Below are positions 62,816-64,000 of a stretch of DNA of 64,000 bases, one piece after another. The notes under the pieces were generated by a model, which saw only the letters and a program-made list of their open reading frames with translations, was not told the DNA's origin and did no database searches. Numbering within the stretch: position 1 is the stretch's first letter; each line of letters opens with the position of its first letter. A program made the position numbers and the translations under genes. Source of the DNA: Macrostomum lignano (lineage: Eukaryota); contig NIVC01000716.1 of the NCBI GenBank assembly GCA_002269645.1, forward strand, positions 83,426 to 147,425, written 5' to 3'.

Positions 62816-64000
62816 CAGTAGCGGATCCGAATGAAAAAAGTAGGCTTCGAAAAATATTAATTTTAACTGAAGGTCTCATCCATAAGATTGGGCATGGTCC
62901 TGGGCATGCGCGTACTTTTAATGCTTTGCCAGTTGCAAACTGTGTGTCGGCACAGGGCGATACAAGCGAGTCTTGACGCAAGTCAACAAAATTTAGTGGG
63001 AGCGCTGCAATTAGACTGCCGACTTTCGTAGGCTGGGTTTAAATCTCGTTCCACACAGGCATCATATAAGACCGAATGTTGCGTGATTACACAACTTGTA
63101 CATCAACATCATTTTTGTACATGTCCATCGAGCATGTGAATTGATGGCAGTTTAATTGAATCAGCATTTTAGGTCGGCAGTCAATTATTGTTGTAGACTC
63201 ATCTTAAGACGACGTCAAATTATATTATAGAGGTACTACTTTTATTTCGTTCGGCCCCAGTAGTATATCAAGTGTGTTGAATTACCTTGGAATCCAGGTT
63301 ACGCGTGTGCATGGTAGCGATTTACGAGTGAAGCTTTCCACGCATTGGTGAGTGTTGATTTTGAAAGTGTCAGTCATGCGGCCCCCGCCTGCAGACCCCG
63401 GCCATGCAGTTCCTCCTAGCGATTCAGGGCGCGCAGAGGCTGCGACACATTTTGGCAGCTCAATTCACACCCGCGGGCCACTTCCGAGTGGCCGCTTGAA
63501 CTGGACTTGATGGCTCAGTGGGGGTCTTGGCCGGCAGTTGGGAAGGGCGAGGGCAATTTTCCTGGGGAGACAGTTTTATTTCTCCCAAATGCTGGGCCAG
63601 GCGGATCTCCCCGGATGGGGGCGGACGTTAAAATACGGCTGCAGGGCCGGAGCTGCATGGTGGAGTGCGGCTGCTGCAATTTTGTTTTACTGGGCTCTTG
63701 CCGCCAGCGCCGGAAAGCCTGGGTTTGGAGCTGGTAGGGTCTGACGAGAGCTCGGAGTTACTGGCCTCCGAGCAGCGTCATTTCTACGATTCAGCCTCAC
63801 GTGGGTGTCCTGCCGATCTTCGGGCTCACAACAACAGCCAGGACGGGCTTCAGGGTGGCCGCGGGTCTGTCTTGTCAGTCCCTGGCTTGTACACATGCAG
63901 TGTACATCTACATTGCATATAAGGCAGGCGCGTCGCCATGGATGGTGGGGGACAAAGCCGCAGGCACTCATTTTAGCGCCGCAGGCACTCATTTTTGTGC

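Overview
This is eukaryotic (animal) genomic DNA, not prokaryotic. The GC-rich exons and minisatellite-filled introns resemble the flatworm Macrostomum lignano, but that identification is inference from style only. Roughly 45% of the window is tandem repeat, made of more than 20 unrelated arrays, and these explain nearly all of the long ORFs in the supplied track. Four real genes can be reconstructed from splice sites and protein similarity: (1) the 3' part of a PLEKHG5/6-like DH-PH RhoGEF (+, exons 1340-12128, end uncertain); (2) an intronless UBE2C (-, 16534-17010); (3) a two-exon FNTA prenyltransferase alpha subunit (-, 18404-19745); (4) a PKA catalytic subunit (+, core exons 45785-58785). 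The PKA gene has several candidate alternative first exons (33316, 35227, 40451), a GC-AG intron, and two mutually exclusive 127-nt exons that encode the catalytic loop. Mobile elements are a block of MULE, Merlin and hAT fossils (about 20.2-27.1 kb), an internally deleted RTE-like LINE (36.1-38.0 kb) and a 2.2-kb solo-LTR-like insertion in the last PKA intron. The strongest leads are: (a) the DNA-transposon block is almost CpG-free and shows CpG->TpG plus CpA->TpA decay, a RIP-like signature, while neighbouring repeats are untouched; (b) the mutually exclusive PKA catalytic-loop exons; (c) the solo LTR carries a CRE/AP-1/C/EBP-CCAAT-TATA promoter pointing antisense into the PKA gene; (d) several intronic minisatellites are built from amplified splice signals. 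All coordinates were counted by eye and array boundaries are approximate.
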